From Candidatus Hermodarchaeota archaeon (GTDB lineage Archaea > Asgardarchaeota > Hermodarchaeia > Hermodarchaeales > Hermodarchaeaceae), in NCBI GenBank assembly GCA_016840065.1, contig JAEOTB010000099.1, positions 1-19,223 on the forward strand: a stretch of DNA of 19,223 nt, read 5' to 3'. Shown piece by piece: positions 6,402-15,040 of this stretch. The stretch's first letter is position 1, and each line of letters opens with the position of its first letter. Position numbers and translations under genes: made by a program. The notes beneath the pieces are model-generated. The model was not told where the DNA came from, made no database searches, and worked only from the letters and a program-made list of their open reading frames with translations.

Positions 6402-9344
6402 TTATGGTGTTCGGATGGTCAGGTAGAAGTATTCGGTTTCTACGATTTCACCGTCTACTACTATTCGTAGTTCGAGGATGAAGGTCGCAAGATATACTCC
6501 GGCGTCTAGGCTGGTGGCGTTCAGTGTGATTGAACCGCCTGTGATGTCTAGGTAGTAGAGCTCGGTTTCACTGATGTTGTAGATGAACTGGCCTGAATCA
6601 ACGTGTGGTGTGATGTTTAGGTCGTGGAACCATACGTCGATGTCGTCGGTGTGCATGGCGAGTTGGATAGTCGCATTCACTGGTGATGCTGTAGAGTTCC
6701 CGTTCATAGCCACAAAGCTTAGGACAGCTTCTTCTCCGATGTCGACGTCGAAGGGATCAAGGCCTGCTTCGATGAACTCCACACCGCTCACTGTAGCATT
6801 GTAGCCGAAGAAGAAACTGGCGTATGCTTCAGCGGCTGTGCCTGCATAGGCTACTTGGGTGATATCCTCTGCGTCAACCAGACCCACAAAGGTCAGGGTT
6901 TCGACGAGGGAGTCGCCTGTGTGAGATTCAGCGTAGACGGGGAAGAGGTAGACTAGCCTTCCGCTTAGAGGTACGAGGAGCCGGTTACCAATCCGGTAGG
7001 GCTCGAGAAGGACCAGGTCAGAGCGTGCCTGCTGCTCGAAGCTCTCGATGGCTGCATCAACACCGAACAAGGGGCTAATGGATGTCTGGGTGACCGGGTC
7101 AACGGAGCCAGCGCGGGCAAAGATGGTTCGCCCCACCTCCGGGCCATTCACGAACAAATAGAACCCGGCGAGTTTTTGCGCTTCATGCCGTATGTACCTG
7201 GCAGCCTGGTAGCCGACCCATTTCAGTTGGCCGTCTTCTGGGAAGAGAACATAGTGTACGTCGGGTTGTGAGTGAGGTTTCTCAAAGAAGTCTGCTTGAC
7301 TCCTCCAAACCCAGGGGTCAGTGACGTGGTAGTAGAAGTCGACTGCGAGTTGGGCGTCGATGAGGTCTTCGGGGTATCTGAGTTGATCCTCGAGCCATGT
7401 GGGAGCATCATCCCAATCATACCATTCCTCATACATTGTCTCGATGAAGAAGCCTGCTGGATCTGCGTTGGGGTTGCGAACCCAGGTGATCTCGCCGTCA
7501 GCGCAGTTTACGATGGCGAAGCCAAGGAGTCTCAAGTAATCTGTTTGAGCATATTGGAGCTGAAGGTCGAAGGCGCTGTATATTGGTACACAATAGTAGG
7601 CTTCTTGACTGAGCCTGTCGAAGACAAGGTAGGGGTCGTAATCGGTGTACATGTAGGGTAGGAGAATGGTTTGCACTCGTTCAACGATATTGCGGTGCAT
7701 TAGGACGTTGGCTGTTGGGTCCGGGAAGGAGAACCAAGCGAAGCTTAGGTCGCCGATGGACCAGGCTAGTTTCTTCAGTGCTAGTTCGGCTCCTGAAAGG
7801 ATGTAGTCGGGTTCGCCCTCCCAGCTGTAAGCGCCGGTTTCTGGGGCGATACTGGTGTCAACGACTACAAACTCGTCGAAGCCGTCTTCGTAGGCATCTG
7901 GTGCTGCCTCCCCGTAGTAGATCGGGAAGTTTGCGTTTACGCCAAAGACGCTCTGGAACTGGCTTGGCGTGAGGAATTCACCGGTCTGGCTGCTGGCATC
8001 CAGTGCCGTCGCGCCCTCTGCGTGTGTGTAGAGAAGGTATTTGCTATGGAAGTCGTCCTGAGTGGGTGGTGAAAGCGAGTATGGTGCCATCCAGTATTCG
8101 CGACCCATCGAGTAAACGATATCCGAATCCGCCAGCGCCATCCAATTGGCTATAGTTTGACTTCGCATTTTGTTCCGACTGGCCGTGAAGTCCCAGAGTC
8201 TTGCATGCCCTAACATGTCACCGTCTGAGACGCCTGTATCATTGATCAGGGCTTTGTATGGAACCTCTTCCACGTCAAGCCCGCCTGCCCAGTTACTGAA
8301 ATGGAGTTCCTTAGTCATCAATGGGTCCCAATGACCCTCTTTCCACATGGCCCCTTGTAGGGGTCCAGATACTAGGTATCCAGTGTAGAGGCCTGGACCG
8401 ATTATCAGCACAGCGGTTGCTATTCCAAGAATCGCACCTAATTTGGGATTGAGGCGGGGTACATTGCCTGCCCGTCCATATTTTCCAAAGACGGTCAATC
8501 CGAAGAAGATGACGGTTAGGCCGCAGAAGAAGATGAACATGATTAGAAGCCAGAGGACGTAGAACTGTGTTCCGAGGTCGACTTCTAGGTAGGGAACATT
8601 GAGGAGTCCCCAGAAGAGCCCCAGAACTACTAGGAAGAAGATGGAGGCGAGAAGCCTGACTGATGGGCGTCGGGTAGCTCGACCAATTCTGGCAATGTAG
8701 TGGACAAGGTCAAGAGCAACGCGTACACCTATGACTGCGAGGAGCAGGGTCATGAAGATCATGAAGATGGTGTACTCGACTTCAATTGTCGCCACTAGAC
8801 CAGCTACTGTTGCCGTGGATGCGCCTGGAGTGAATATCAGTGTGATGGCTTGTTGGATGCTGCCCCAATTACCCACACCCGAAGCGGCGGCCTGGGTGAG
8901 GAGGGATAGAAGCCGCATCTGGTCAGTGAAGATGAAGGTGACAACAAGGTAGGTGATGCCGAACACAGCTAGCTTGTAACCAGCCACAAGGAGCTTGTGT
9001 GGTTTACGAGTATCTCCTCGGTTTTGTCCGAACCACAAGAGGTTGAGTACCTTCGATTCCCAGGGAAGTCCGGCAAGTGTGACGATGGCTGCGACGGGTA
9101 TTCCAACTCCGAAGAGGAGCCCGTTGATGGTGAAGGTCGCCCACCAGGAAACACCGGCTTTGTTGATGTACATTACATCAAGCATCTTCCAGTCTAGGAG
9201 GAGGTTCTGTACGGCGAATATGCCGCCTACGACGATGGCTGCTATCACTGCGATGGCGATTGCTACAACGAAGATTTTCCGTGGCATTGAGATTCTTAGG
9301 GTAGGTCTTTCTGATGAAGTTAGATTAGAAATAGTCTTTTCCAC
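6402..9344 (-). CDS. UPF0182 (COG1615) family membrane protein with an extra C-terminal Ig-like domain
   Basis: N-terminal multi-TM region followed by family motifs ARLWD, YTHAEG, IYYGE, RNIVERV..ILPY...DYDPYLV and QLRYPEDL...YYHVTDP. The start may instead be ATG 9287 (MPRKIF). Confidence 0.85.
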   Translation of the reverse strand: MEKTISNLTSSERPTLRISMPRKIFVVAIAIAVIAAIVVGGIFAVQNLLLDWKMLDVMYINKAGVSWWATFTINGLLFGVGIPVAAIVTLAGLPWESKVLNLLWFGQNRGDTRKPHKLLVAGYKLAVFGITYLVVTFIFTDQMRLLSLLTQAAASGVGNWGSIQQAITLIFTPGASTATVAGLVATIEVEYTIFMIFMTLLLAVIGVRVALDLVHYIARIGRATRRPSVRLLASIFFLVVLGLFWGLLNVPYLEVDLGTQFYVLWLLIMFIFFCGLTVIFFGLTVFGKYGRAGNVPRLNPKLGAILGIATAVLIIGPGLYTGYLVSGPLQGAMWKEGHWDPLMTKELHFSNWAGGLDVEEVPYKALINDTGVSDGDMLGHARLWDFTASRNKMRSQTIANWMALADSDIVYSMGREYWMAPYSLSPPTQDDFHSKYLLYTHAEGATALDASSQTGEFLTPSQFQSVFGVNANFPIYYGEAAPDAYEDGFDEFVVVDTSIAPETGAYSWEGEPDYILSGAELALKKLAWSIGDLSFAWFSFPDPTANVLMHRNIVERVQTILLPYMYTDYDPYLVFDRLSQEAYYCVPIYSAFDLQLQYAQTDYLRLLGFAIVNCADGEITWVRNPNADPAGFFIETMYEEWYDWDDAPTWLEDQLRYPEDLIDAQLAVDFYYHVTDPWVWRSQADFFEKPHSQPDVHYVLFPEDGQLKWVGYQAARYIRHEAQKLAGFYLFVNGPEVGRTIFARAGSVDPVTQTSISPLFGVDAAIESFEQQARSDLVLLEPYRIGNRLLVPLSGRLVYLFPVYAESHTGDSLVETLTFVGLVDAEDITQVAYAGTAAEAYASFFFGYNATVSGVEFIEAGLDPFDVDIGEEAVLSFVAMNGNSTASPVNATIQLAMHTDDIDVWFHDLNITPHVDSGQFIYNISETELYYLDITGGSITLNATSLDAGVYLATFILELRIVVDGEIVETEYFYLTIRTP

Positions 9345-9436
9345 CTTTTTGATAGTTAAGCTAATAGAGGGGCGGGTTTCCGCTTAAGTCTTTTGAGGAG
9401 GTGCCAGGAACTCGAAGTAAATCGTGTCCTTCAACT

Positions 9437-10606
9437 TCATCCTGATTGAGCGGCCAGTTGTGCCATTGCCTTGGCCTTGTTGCTGATATTTCGATAGATT
9501 AGCCCTGAAATGATAAGGAGTACAATCCCAACCGCTAGGATGTGGAACCAGTGCAAATTATACAGATATGTGTCGATTCCGTATAGGAGATAGGCGAGAG
9601 ATAACACAAGTGTGGTAAACATGTGGTTAAATATCGTCGAGGCGTTCGCGGGAATCATTCTTAGAGGGTGGTCAAAGTTCTTCAGGGTGAATCGACTAGC
9701 CATGACGGTTAAGGGAAAGCTTGAGAGGGCGATGAAAGTATAATATCTCATCGAGGGGAGGACGAGAGTTGTGAAGAGGGGAAGGACAAAGGGGAGGAGG
9801 GTCGCAACGAGGATGGTTATGTGAGCCGCAGCGAGGATGAGTACAAAGCCCTTCGCCGCTCTTTTCCTCCCCAATCGAACTACTAGGGTCCGTTTGCCTG
9901 ATTCCTTGTCAGCCTTGTAGTCGGGGAAACAGTTGATGTAGAGTACTCCCGTGATTAGTAGTGCAACGGGGATTGATGCGATGAGGGGCTCCCACATAAG
10001 AGGATTCCATAGGATGGTAACCCAGAGGAAAGGGTCCCACATGAATGGATCCGCCAGAAAGGGTTGGACCTGGACGTAGAACGAACCGAAGACTAGTAGG
10101 GTCCCGAAGCAGAGCCCGATTACGAATTCTCCGATACCCCTGCTGGCCAGCTTAAACGGAGGAGCAGTGTAGAAGAAGGCCGAGAAGATTCCAATTATTC
10201 CTAGGAATAGCACCATGAATCCTCGGATCAAGAAGAGGTAGAGCCCGATTACGGTTGCACTTGTCAGGAAGAGTAATGCGCCAGCTAGTACTGCGCGGGG
10301 GGATAGGTATCCGAGTTGGATTGTCCGGCTGCCACCACTGAAGGGTCGGATGAACTCTACATTGAGGTCATCAGTTGCCCCAGATTTTGAGTCAAAGTAG
10401 TCGTTGGCTACGTTCGCCCCTAAGTGGGCAAGGACTCCTCCAGCTAGGGTGAGCAGGAAGATTTCCCAGAGAAACATACCCGTGAGTGCCCAAGCCATGA
10501 CGTTTCCTAGCAGAATCGGTGCGACGGAGGCTGTCAAGAAGGGGAGACGAAGCTCCATCAACCATGCGCCAATCTTGCCTGGAGGTTGGTCAGTATCTGG
10601 AGTCAT
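9437..10606 (-). CDS. menA: 1,4-dihydroxy-2-naphthoate polyprenyltransferase (MenA/UBIAD1-type UbiA family)
   Basis: Motifs LRLPFLTASVAPILLG, NVANDYFD, YTAPPFKLASRGIGE and INCFPDYKADKESGKRTLVVRLG. ATG after AGGTG. Confidence 0.88.
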   Translation of the reverse strand: MTPDTDQPPGKIGAWLMELRLPFLTASVAPILLGNVMAWALTGMFLWEIFLLTLAGGVLAHLGANVANDYFDSKSGATDDLNVEFIRPFSGGSRTIQLGYLSPRAVLAGALLFLTSATVIGLYLFLIRGFMVLFLGIIGIFSAFFYTAPPFKLASRGIGEFVIGLCFGTLLVFGSFYVQVQPFLADPFMWDPFLWVTILWNPLMWEPLIASIPVALLITGVLYINCFPDYKADKESGKRTLVVRLGRKRAAKGFVLILAAAHITILVATLLPFVLPLFTTLVLPSMRYYTFIALSSFPLTVMASRFTLKNFDHPLRMIPANASTIFNHMFTTLVLSLAYLLYGIDTYLYNLHWFHILAVGIVLLIISGLIYRNISNKAKAMAQLAAQSG

Positions 10607-10621
10607 TCCGTTTACACCTGT

Positions 10622-11641
10622 TTAGTAGTCACGAACAAGGGTGAAGTCTGCTACTTGCTCGAGTAATGCTTGTGTTTGAAAGCCAAAGTCCTGGAGCGCT
10701 TGTTTTGCTTGAGTAACATAGCTCTGAGCGAGCTTGTATGTGAACTGGATAGCATCATACTTCTCAATGATTTGGAGTACGACTTCATAATCGCCTTTCG
10801 TGAGTGCTGCAAGGCACTTGTGGCGTTCTTTGTTGGTGCAGACCTCCAATGCGTGTACGAGAGGGTAATTGCCCCGCTTGAGTCGAAGATCCGATAGCGT
10901 TGACTTATTAGCAACTTGTTGTGATGCTTCGACATCTAGAATATCATCTCGTAATTGGAAAGCGAAACCAAGGCAACCGCCATATTCTACAAGAGCACGC
11001 TTTTGGGCTTCTGTAGCATTGCCTGTAATAGCTCCGATTTTTGCTGCCTCCTCCATGAATGCAGCTGTTTTCCGTTCTATCATGTAGAGGTAGTGCTCTT
11101 TGGTGAAGGTATCGTCATGGTCGGGGCTCATGAACAAGTCTGCTGCTTCGCCTTCAGCCATCCGTACACCTCCAGTGCCCATTGCTGCTATCATCTCAGG
11201 TGTGCCCTCTTCCCCAATGATTCGAAAGGCTTGAGCGATTAGCAGATCACCTGCTAGTAATGCAATATCTCTTCCAAACTTTTCATGAACGGTTCTTACT
11301 CCTCGGCGGATTTCATCACAATCAATGATGTCATCATGGATTAAACTGGCAGTTTGCAGCAGTTCCGCAGCTACAGTGATTGGAAGTACTCTTGCTATGT
11401 CGCCGCCAACTGCTTCGCAGCATAAAAGCGTGATTAGGGACCGAAGACGTTTTCCTCCAGCCTTGATGAGATGGTGAGCAGCTTCATACAGTATCGCTGG
11501 TTCTCCTCCATCTGTACTCAAGTATTGCTGAATTGTTTGGTCTATGAGAAGAATCCGTTTCTGGAATTCTTGACTCTGCTTTGATAAAGAGACTGAACTT
11601 TTCTCTGGAAGAGAGGGTTTACCCACCATTGTGTTTGGCAT
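10622..11641 (-). CDS. trans-polyprenyl diphosphate synthase, probably medium/long-chain (quinone side chain)
   Basis: GGKRLR, FARM TASLIHDDIIDCDEIRRG, KTAA and SARM FQLRDDILD. ATG 11641 follows GGTGA and is preferred over TTG 11662. 15-bp gap to menA. Confidence 0.9.
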   Translation of the reverse strand: MPNTMVGKPSLPEKSSVSLSKQSQEFQKRILLIDQTIQQYLSTDGGEPAILYEAAHHLIKAGGKRLRSLITLLCCEAVGGDIARVLPITVAAELLQTASLIHDDIIDCDEIRRGVRTVHEKFGRDIALLAGDLLIAQAFRIIGEEGTPEMIAAMGTGGVRMAEGEAADLFMSPDHDDTFTKEHYLYMIERKTAAFMEEAAKIGAITGNATEAQKRALVEYGGCLGFAFQLRDDILDVEASQQVANKSTLSDLRLKRGNYPLVHALEVCTNKERHKCLAALTKGDYEVVLQIIEKYDAIQFTYKLAQSYVTQAKQALQDFGFQTQALLEQVADFTLVRDY

Positions 11642-11660
11642 TGTATCACCGGGAGTATTC

Positions 11661-11686
11661 AATCAAATCGCAGGATATCTGATGTG
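11661..11686. promoter_or_regulatory. Operator candidate copy 1, AATCAAA-N10-TCTGATGTG
   Basis: Same 7-nt and 9-nt arms and spacing as 11785..11810. The core ATCAAA-N10-TCTGAT is a near-palindrome. Lies between the TATA-like element (~11697-11708) and ATG 11641. Confidence 0.6.
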
Positions 11687-11784
11687 TATGTTTGATATTA
11701 TATTTATGAGTGTAATTCAGGGTTAGATGAGCGGTGTTTTGTATTACGAACACGGGATTTTTATCCAAGTACTAGAACAACTCG

Positions 11785-11810
11785 AATCAAAGTTAGCAAA
11801 CTCTGATGTG
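11785..11810. promoter_or_regulatory. Operator candidate copy 2, AATCAAA-N10-TCTGATGTG
   Basis: Second copy, between the TATA-like ATTTTTAT (11757-11764) and tusA ATG 11817. Confidence 0.6.
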
Positions 11811-11816
11811 AAGTAA

Positions 11817-12074
11817 ATGGCAGACGTTGAACCCACAATTCAAGTAGACGCCCGTGATATGGCCTGCCCTGGTCCTATTACTGAGGTGGCCAGGGCATAC
11901 CGAAAGGCTAAGAACGGTGATATAATCGAGGTACTCGCCACTGACCCTGGATTCACTTCAGATGTAAGGGCTTGGGCTTCAGCCACTACAAACGAGCTCG
12001 TAATCGTTGAGGAAAAGGACGGGGTAATCAGAGCTCTGTTGAAGATCACTGCGAAAAGACAGCAGGGAAGATAG
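11817..12074 (+). CDS. tusA: TusA/SirA-family sulfur carrier protein
   Basis: VDARDMACPGPI (CPxP motif), then EVLATDPGFTSDVRAW. 85 aa. Confidence 0.9.
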   Translation: MADVEPTIQVDARDMACPGPITEVARAYRKAKNGDIIEVLATDPGFTSDVRAWASATTNELVIVEEKDGVIRALLKITAKRQQGR

Positions 12075-13274
12075 ATGAAACGGATCTTGATTCTGGGCGG
12101 TGGAACAGCAGGTACCATGACCGCGAACATACTTGCCAAGAGTCTTGGTCGAGAAATCAAGGACGGACAAGTTGAAATCACACTATTGGACAAGGATGGT
12201 CTCCACATCTTTCAGCCAAACAATCTTTATGTGGGCTTCAAAGGGATGAAGTCTGAGAAAGTGGTAAAGGATGAGAGTACTCTCCTCCACAAGCGCGTGA
12301 AGTTCTTTGTTGACCCTGCTGTAAAGATTGACCTAGATGAAAGAATTGTGACCACCAGGAAAGGACTAACTCGTAAATATGACCACCTGCTGATTTCCAC
12401 AGGAGCGAGCGTTACCCCCGATGAAATTCCTGGTTTTGCTAAGGCAAACCTTGATTTTCACTCAACGCCAGGGATGGCTAAGAGGATTTGGGAGAAGATC
12501 AACCAGATTAAACGTGGTAAGATTGTTGTTGGTGTCAGTGCCATTCCCCACAAATGTCCTCCCTCTCCGGTTGAAGCAGCATTACTTGTTGAGCAATTCC
12601 TTAAGAAGAAAGGCTTGAAGGATAAAGTCGAGATTCATTTCGTCACACCCCTTCCTAGACCATATCCCTCCGAAACTATCAATGATGTAGTCTCAAAGCT
12701 GTTTGAAGACCGAGGAATCATCACTCATCCCTTCTTCAATGTTGATAGTGTTGACCCTCAGAAACAGGTTGTCTATTCGATGGAGGGAACTGAAATCAGT
12801 TATGATGGCTTGTTTCTTGTTCCCTACCACAAAGCACCCCAGGCGATTATCGATTCTGGCATTGGCGATTCAGATGGCTGGATTCCCACAGACAAACACA
12901 CACTACTGGTTAAAGGTCGAGATGATGCCTACGCCCTTGGTGATGTAGCTGACCTCCCCACTTCAAAGTCGGGTGTCACTGCCCACTTGGAAGCTGTTGT
13001 AACGGCCAAAAACGTCGTAGCAGACATCACTGGTACTGGTGAGAAGTGCCGATTCACAGGCCGCACCCACTGCCCCATGGATGTCGCTTATGGTAAGGCA
13101 CTTTTTGTTATCACAACATATGAGAAACCAACCAGGAAGGTTAAGCCCACCCGAATCAATCTAATGATGAAGAAGATGTTTAGCATGATGTACTGGACAA
13201 CGCTGAAAGGCTCTCTTGAATTCATTTTTGACAGATTCTTTGGTGAAGATGCTAGAGACTGCTCGAAGCAGTAG
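12075..13274 (+). CDS. sqr: Sulfide:quinone oxidoreductase-like FAD-dependent disulfide oxidoreductase (type III-like)
   Basis: ILILGGGTAG Rossmann motif, YDHLLISTG, KCPPSPVE, YALGDVADLPTSKSG, distal THCP cysteine and an amphipathic C-terminal helix (MMKKMFSMMYW). ATG directly follows the tusA TAG. Confidence 0.75.
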   Translation: MKRILILGGGTAGTMTANILAKSLGREIKDGQVEITLLDKDGLHIFQPNNLYVGFKGMKSEKVVKDESTLLHKRVKFFVDPAVKIDLDERIVTTRKGLTRKYDHLLISTGASVTPDEIPGFAKANLDFHSTPGMAKRIWEKINQIKRGKIVVGVSAIPHKCPPSPVEAALLVEQFLKKKGLKDKVEIHFVTPLPRPYPSETINDVVSKLFEDRGIITHPFFNVDSVDPQKQVVYSMEGTEISYDGLFLVPYHKAPQAIIDSGIGDSDGWIPTDKHTLLVKGRDDAYALGDVADLPTSKSGVTAHLEAVVTAKNVVADITGTGEKCRFTGRTHCPMDVAYGKALFVITTYEKPTRKVKPTRINLMMKKMFSMMYWTTLKGSLEFIFDRFFGEDARDCSKQ

Positions 13275-13341
13275 ACCATCTACGTCTCGAAGCTGGATGT
13301 AATTGCTAGAAAGGGAATAAGGGTTGACAAACAGTACGGTG

Positions 13342-13611
13342 CTAGCCATATTGGTATGCTACACCAAATGATCCCCGTGGGTAGTTCCATTTGATGGCAT
13401 CTTTTTCGCAAATAATCTTACAGGTGCCACATTCGATGCAATCCTCATAATTGAAGACAAGTTTCCCGGCTTCTATCTTGAAGCATCCTGCGGGGCATCC
13501 TGCTAGACAGGGTTGATGGTCACATTTCTGACACCTATCTGTGTCTACTATTATGTGAGGTTCTTTGTCGAAATTAAATACGAGTCTACCAAGTTTTTCT
13601 TCGAGTTTCAT
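13342..13611 (-). CDS. fixX: FixX-type 4Fe-4S ferredoxin
   Basis: HIIVD..CQKC...PCLAGCPAGCF, YEDCIECGTCKIIC and the C-terminal signature WNYPRGSFGVAYQYG. Confidence 0.9.
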   Translation of the reverse strand: MKLEEKLGRLVFNFDKEPHIIVDTDRCQKCDHQPCLAGCPAGCFKIEAGKLVFNYEDCIECGTCKIICEKDAIKWNYPRGSFGVAYQYG

Positions 13612-13612
13612 T

Positions 13613-14899
13613 TTACAATCCTCTCACAAGTTTTACTGCATCAATGAGGAGACCAGGAATCGACGCCTCTCCCAGAACCATCTTTATCAGAAGGGTTAGA
13701 AGTTTGGGTCGGGGAACTCCTCTTGATGAAAACAAGGCTGTAACAAGGTTGTTTACGAGGGCGGGGTAGGTATTGTGTAATCGCGGACTTCCCAGGAATG
13801 CGGGTGCGTGTTGGAAAGTTTTCAGATCTTTCAGAACAAAGCTGTCCTTGAGGATTTGTTCATATCGTTTGAGGCTGTGTTTGGAGAAGTCACCAATTAC
13901 TTTAGCTCGCTCCACAGTTTGGGCAGCGGCAACACCGCTTGCAATGGCAAAGTTCATGCCTTCGAGGGCATAACCAACATTTAGTGTTAAACCCGCAGCG
14001 TCTCCAGTTACAAGGAGACCATCAGTATAGAGCTTTGTAACCGCCCCATAGCCCCCTTCAGGAACTAGATGTGCAGAATATTCGAGAAGGTCTCCATCAC
14101 GGAGGAATCTACTAACGCTCGGATATGATTTGAAGTGCTCAATGAGGTCAGGGGCTTTGACGGCTGCTTTGGAGAAAGCTGAAAGGTGAACGACGACTCC
14201 CAGTGAGAGGCTGTCAAGATTCGTATAAAGGAAGCCGCCTCCCGGAAATCCCTTGGTGCAGCCGATAAAAGAGTAGGCTGCTCCTTCTTCTCCGGATAGG
14301 TTGAATCGTTCCTCGATGACCTCCCGTGGGAGGTTGATTACTTCCTTGATTCCTAGTCCCATCTCGTGGGGGTTGTGGTCCTTTCTCAGTTTGGCTTCTT
14401 TGGCCAGGAGTGAATTAACTCCGTCGGCGGCGATGACTACATCGCTGAAGACTTCATCCCCTCCCGCGCAGACACCTGCTATCTTGTTGTCCTTCCAGAG
14501 AAGACCATCCACTCGGATTCCTGGAGCTAGCATGGCTCCTGCTTCTTCTGCTTGTTTGGCGAACCATTGGTCGAATTTGTATCTGTTAACAGAGAATCCA
14601 TCATGGGGAGCGGTTTTTGATGTTGTTCGTGTATGGTCCACTGTGACAGAGGATTTCCCCGAGAGAAATGTTAAGCAACGTGAAGTGATTCGCCTCTCAA
14701 GGGGTGCCTGCTCCCAGAAGTTGGGGATAAGGTCATGGAGAGCCTGACCGAACAGAATCCCCCCAGACACATTCTTCTCACCGGGGGTTCTACCTCTCTC
14801 AACTAGCATCACCTGCAGCCCAGACTTAGCCAAGGAATATGCTGCGGCACATCCTGCAGGACCTGCACCGACTACTATAGCGTCAAATCTATCGGTCAT
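13613..14899 (-). CDS. fixC: FixC-family FAD oxidoreductase (ETF:quinone oxidoreductase subunit)
   Basis: FDAIVVGAGPAG, ERG..PGEKNVSGG, APLERRIT, GGGFLYTN, EYSAHLVPEGG and GDAAG. ATG 14899 after GGAGG. 1-bp gap to fixX. Confidence 0.9.
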   Translation of the reverse strand: MTDRFDAIVVGAGPAGCAAAYSLAKSGLQVMLVERGRTPGEKNVSGGILFGQALHDLIPNFWEQAPLERRITSRCLTFLSGKSSVTVDHTRTTSKTAPHDGFSVNRYKFDQWFAKQAEEAGAMLAPGIRVDGLLWKDNKIAGVCAGGDEVFSDVVIAADGVNSLLAKEAKLRKDHNPHEMGLGIKEVINLPREVIEERFNLSGEEGAAYSFIGCTKGFPGGGFLYTNLDSLSLGVVVHLSAFSKAAVKAPDLIEHFKSYPSVSRFLRDGDLLEYSAHLVPEGGYGAVTKLYTDGLLVTGDAAGLTLNVGYALEGMNFAIASGVAAAQTVERAKVIGDFSKHSLKRYEQILKDSFVLKDLKTFQHAPAFLGSPRLHNTYPALVNNLVTALFSSRGVPRPKLLTLLIKMVLGEASIPGLLIDAVKLVRGL

Positions 14900-14934
14900 A
14901 AACCTCCACTCACTTGTCGTCCTCGAACTTGATG

Positions 14935-14953
14935 TTTTATTTATGTTCTTTTG
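14935..14953 (-). promoter_or_regulatory. BRE/TATA-like promoter of fixCX
   Basis: Minus strand CAAAAGAA-CATAAATAAAA about 36-54 nt upstream of ATG 14899. Confidence 0.45.
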
Positions 14954-15040
14954 ACCAACCACCGTCGAGAAGGAACACCTGAACGCAACAACTGCTGAGG
15001 ATCACTATCAGATGATTGGGTCAATTCCATGAGAGCGTTA

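Noticed and set aside
9437-10606. UbiA protein as the archaeal lipid enzyme DGGGP synthase
   Set aside because: The motifs (YTAPPFKL..RG.GE, D...D...GKRTL.VRLG, R.PFL.AS) are MenA-type.
13613-14899. FixC as a geranylgeranyl or menaquinone prenyl reductase (tempting next to menA)
   Set aside because: It has the FixC-type GGGFLYTN and EYSAHLVPEGG motifs and a FixX partner, and lacks the PxxYxWxFP motif of prenyl reductases.
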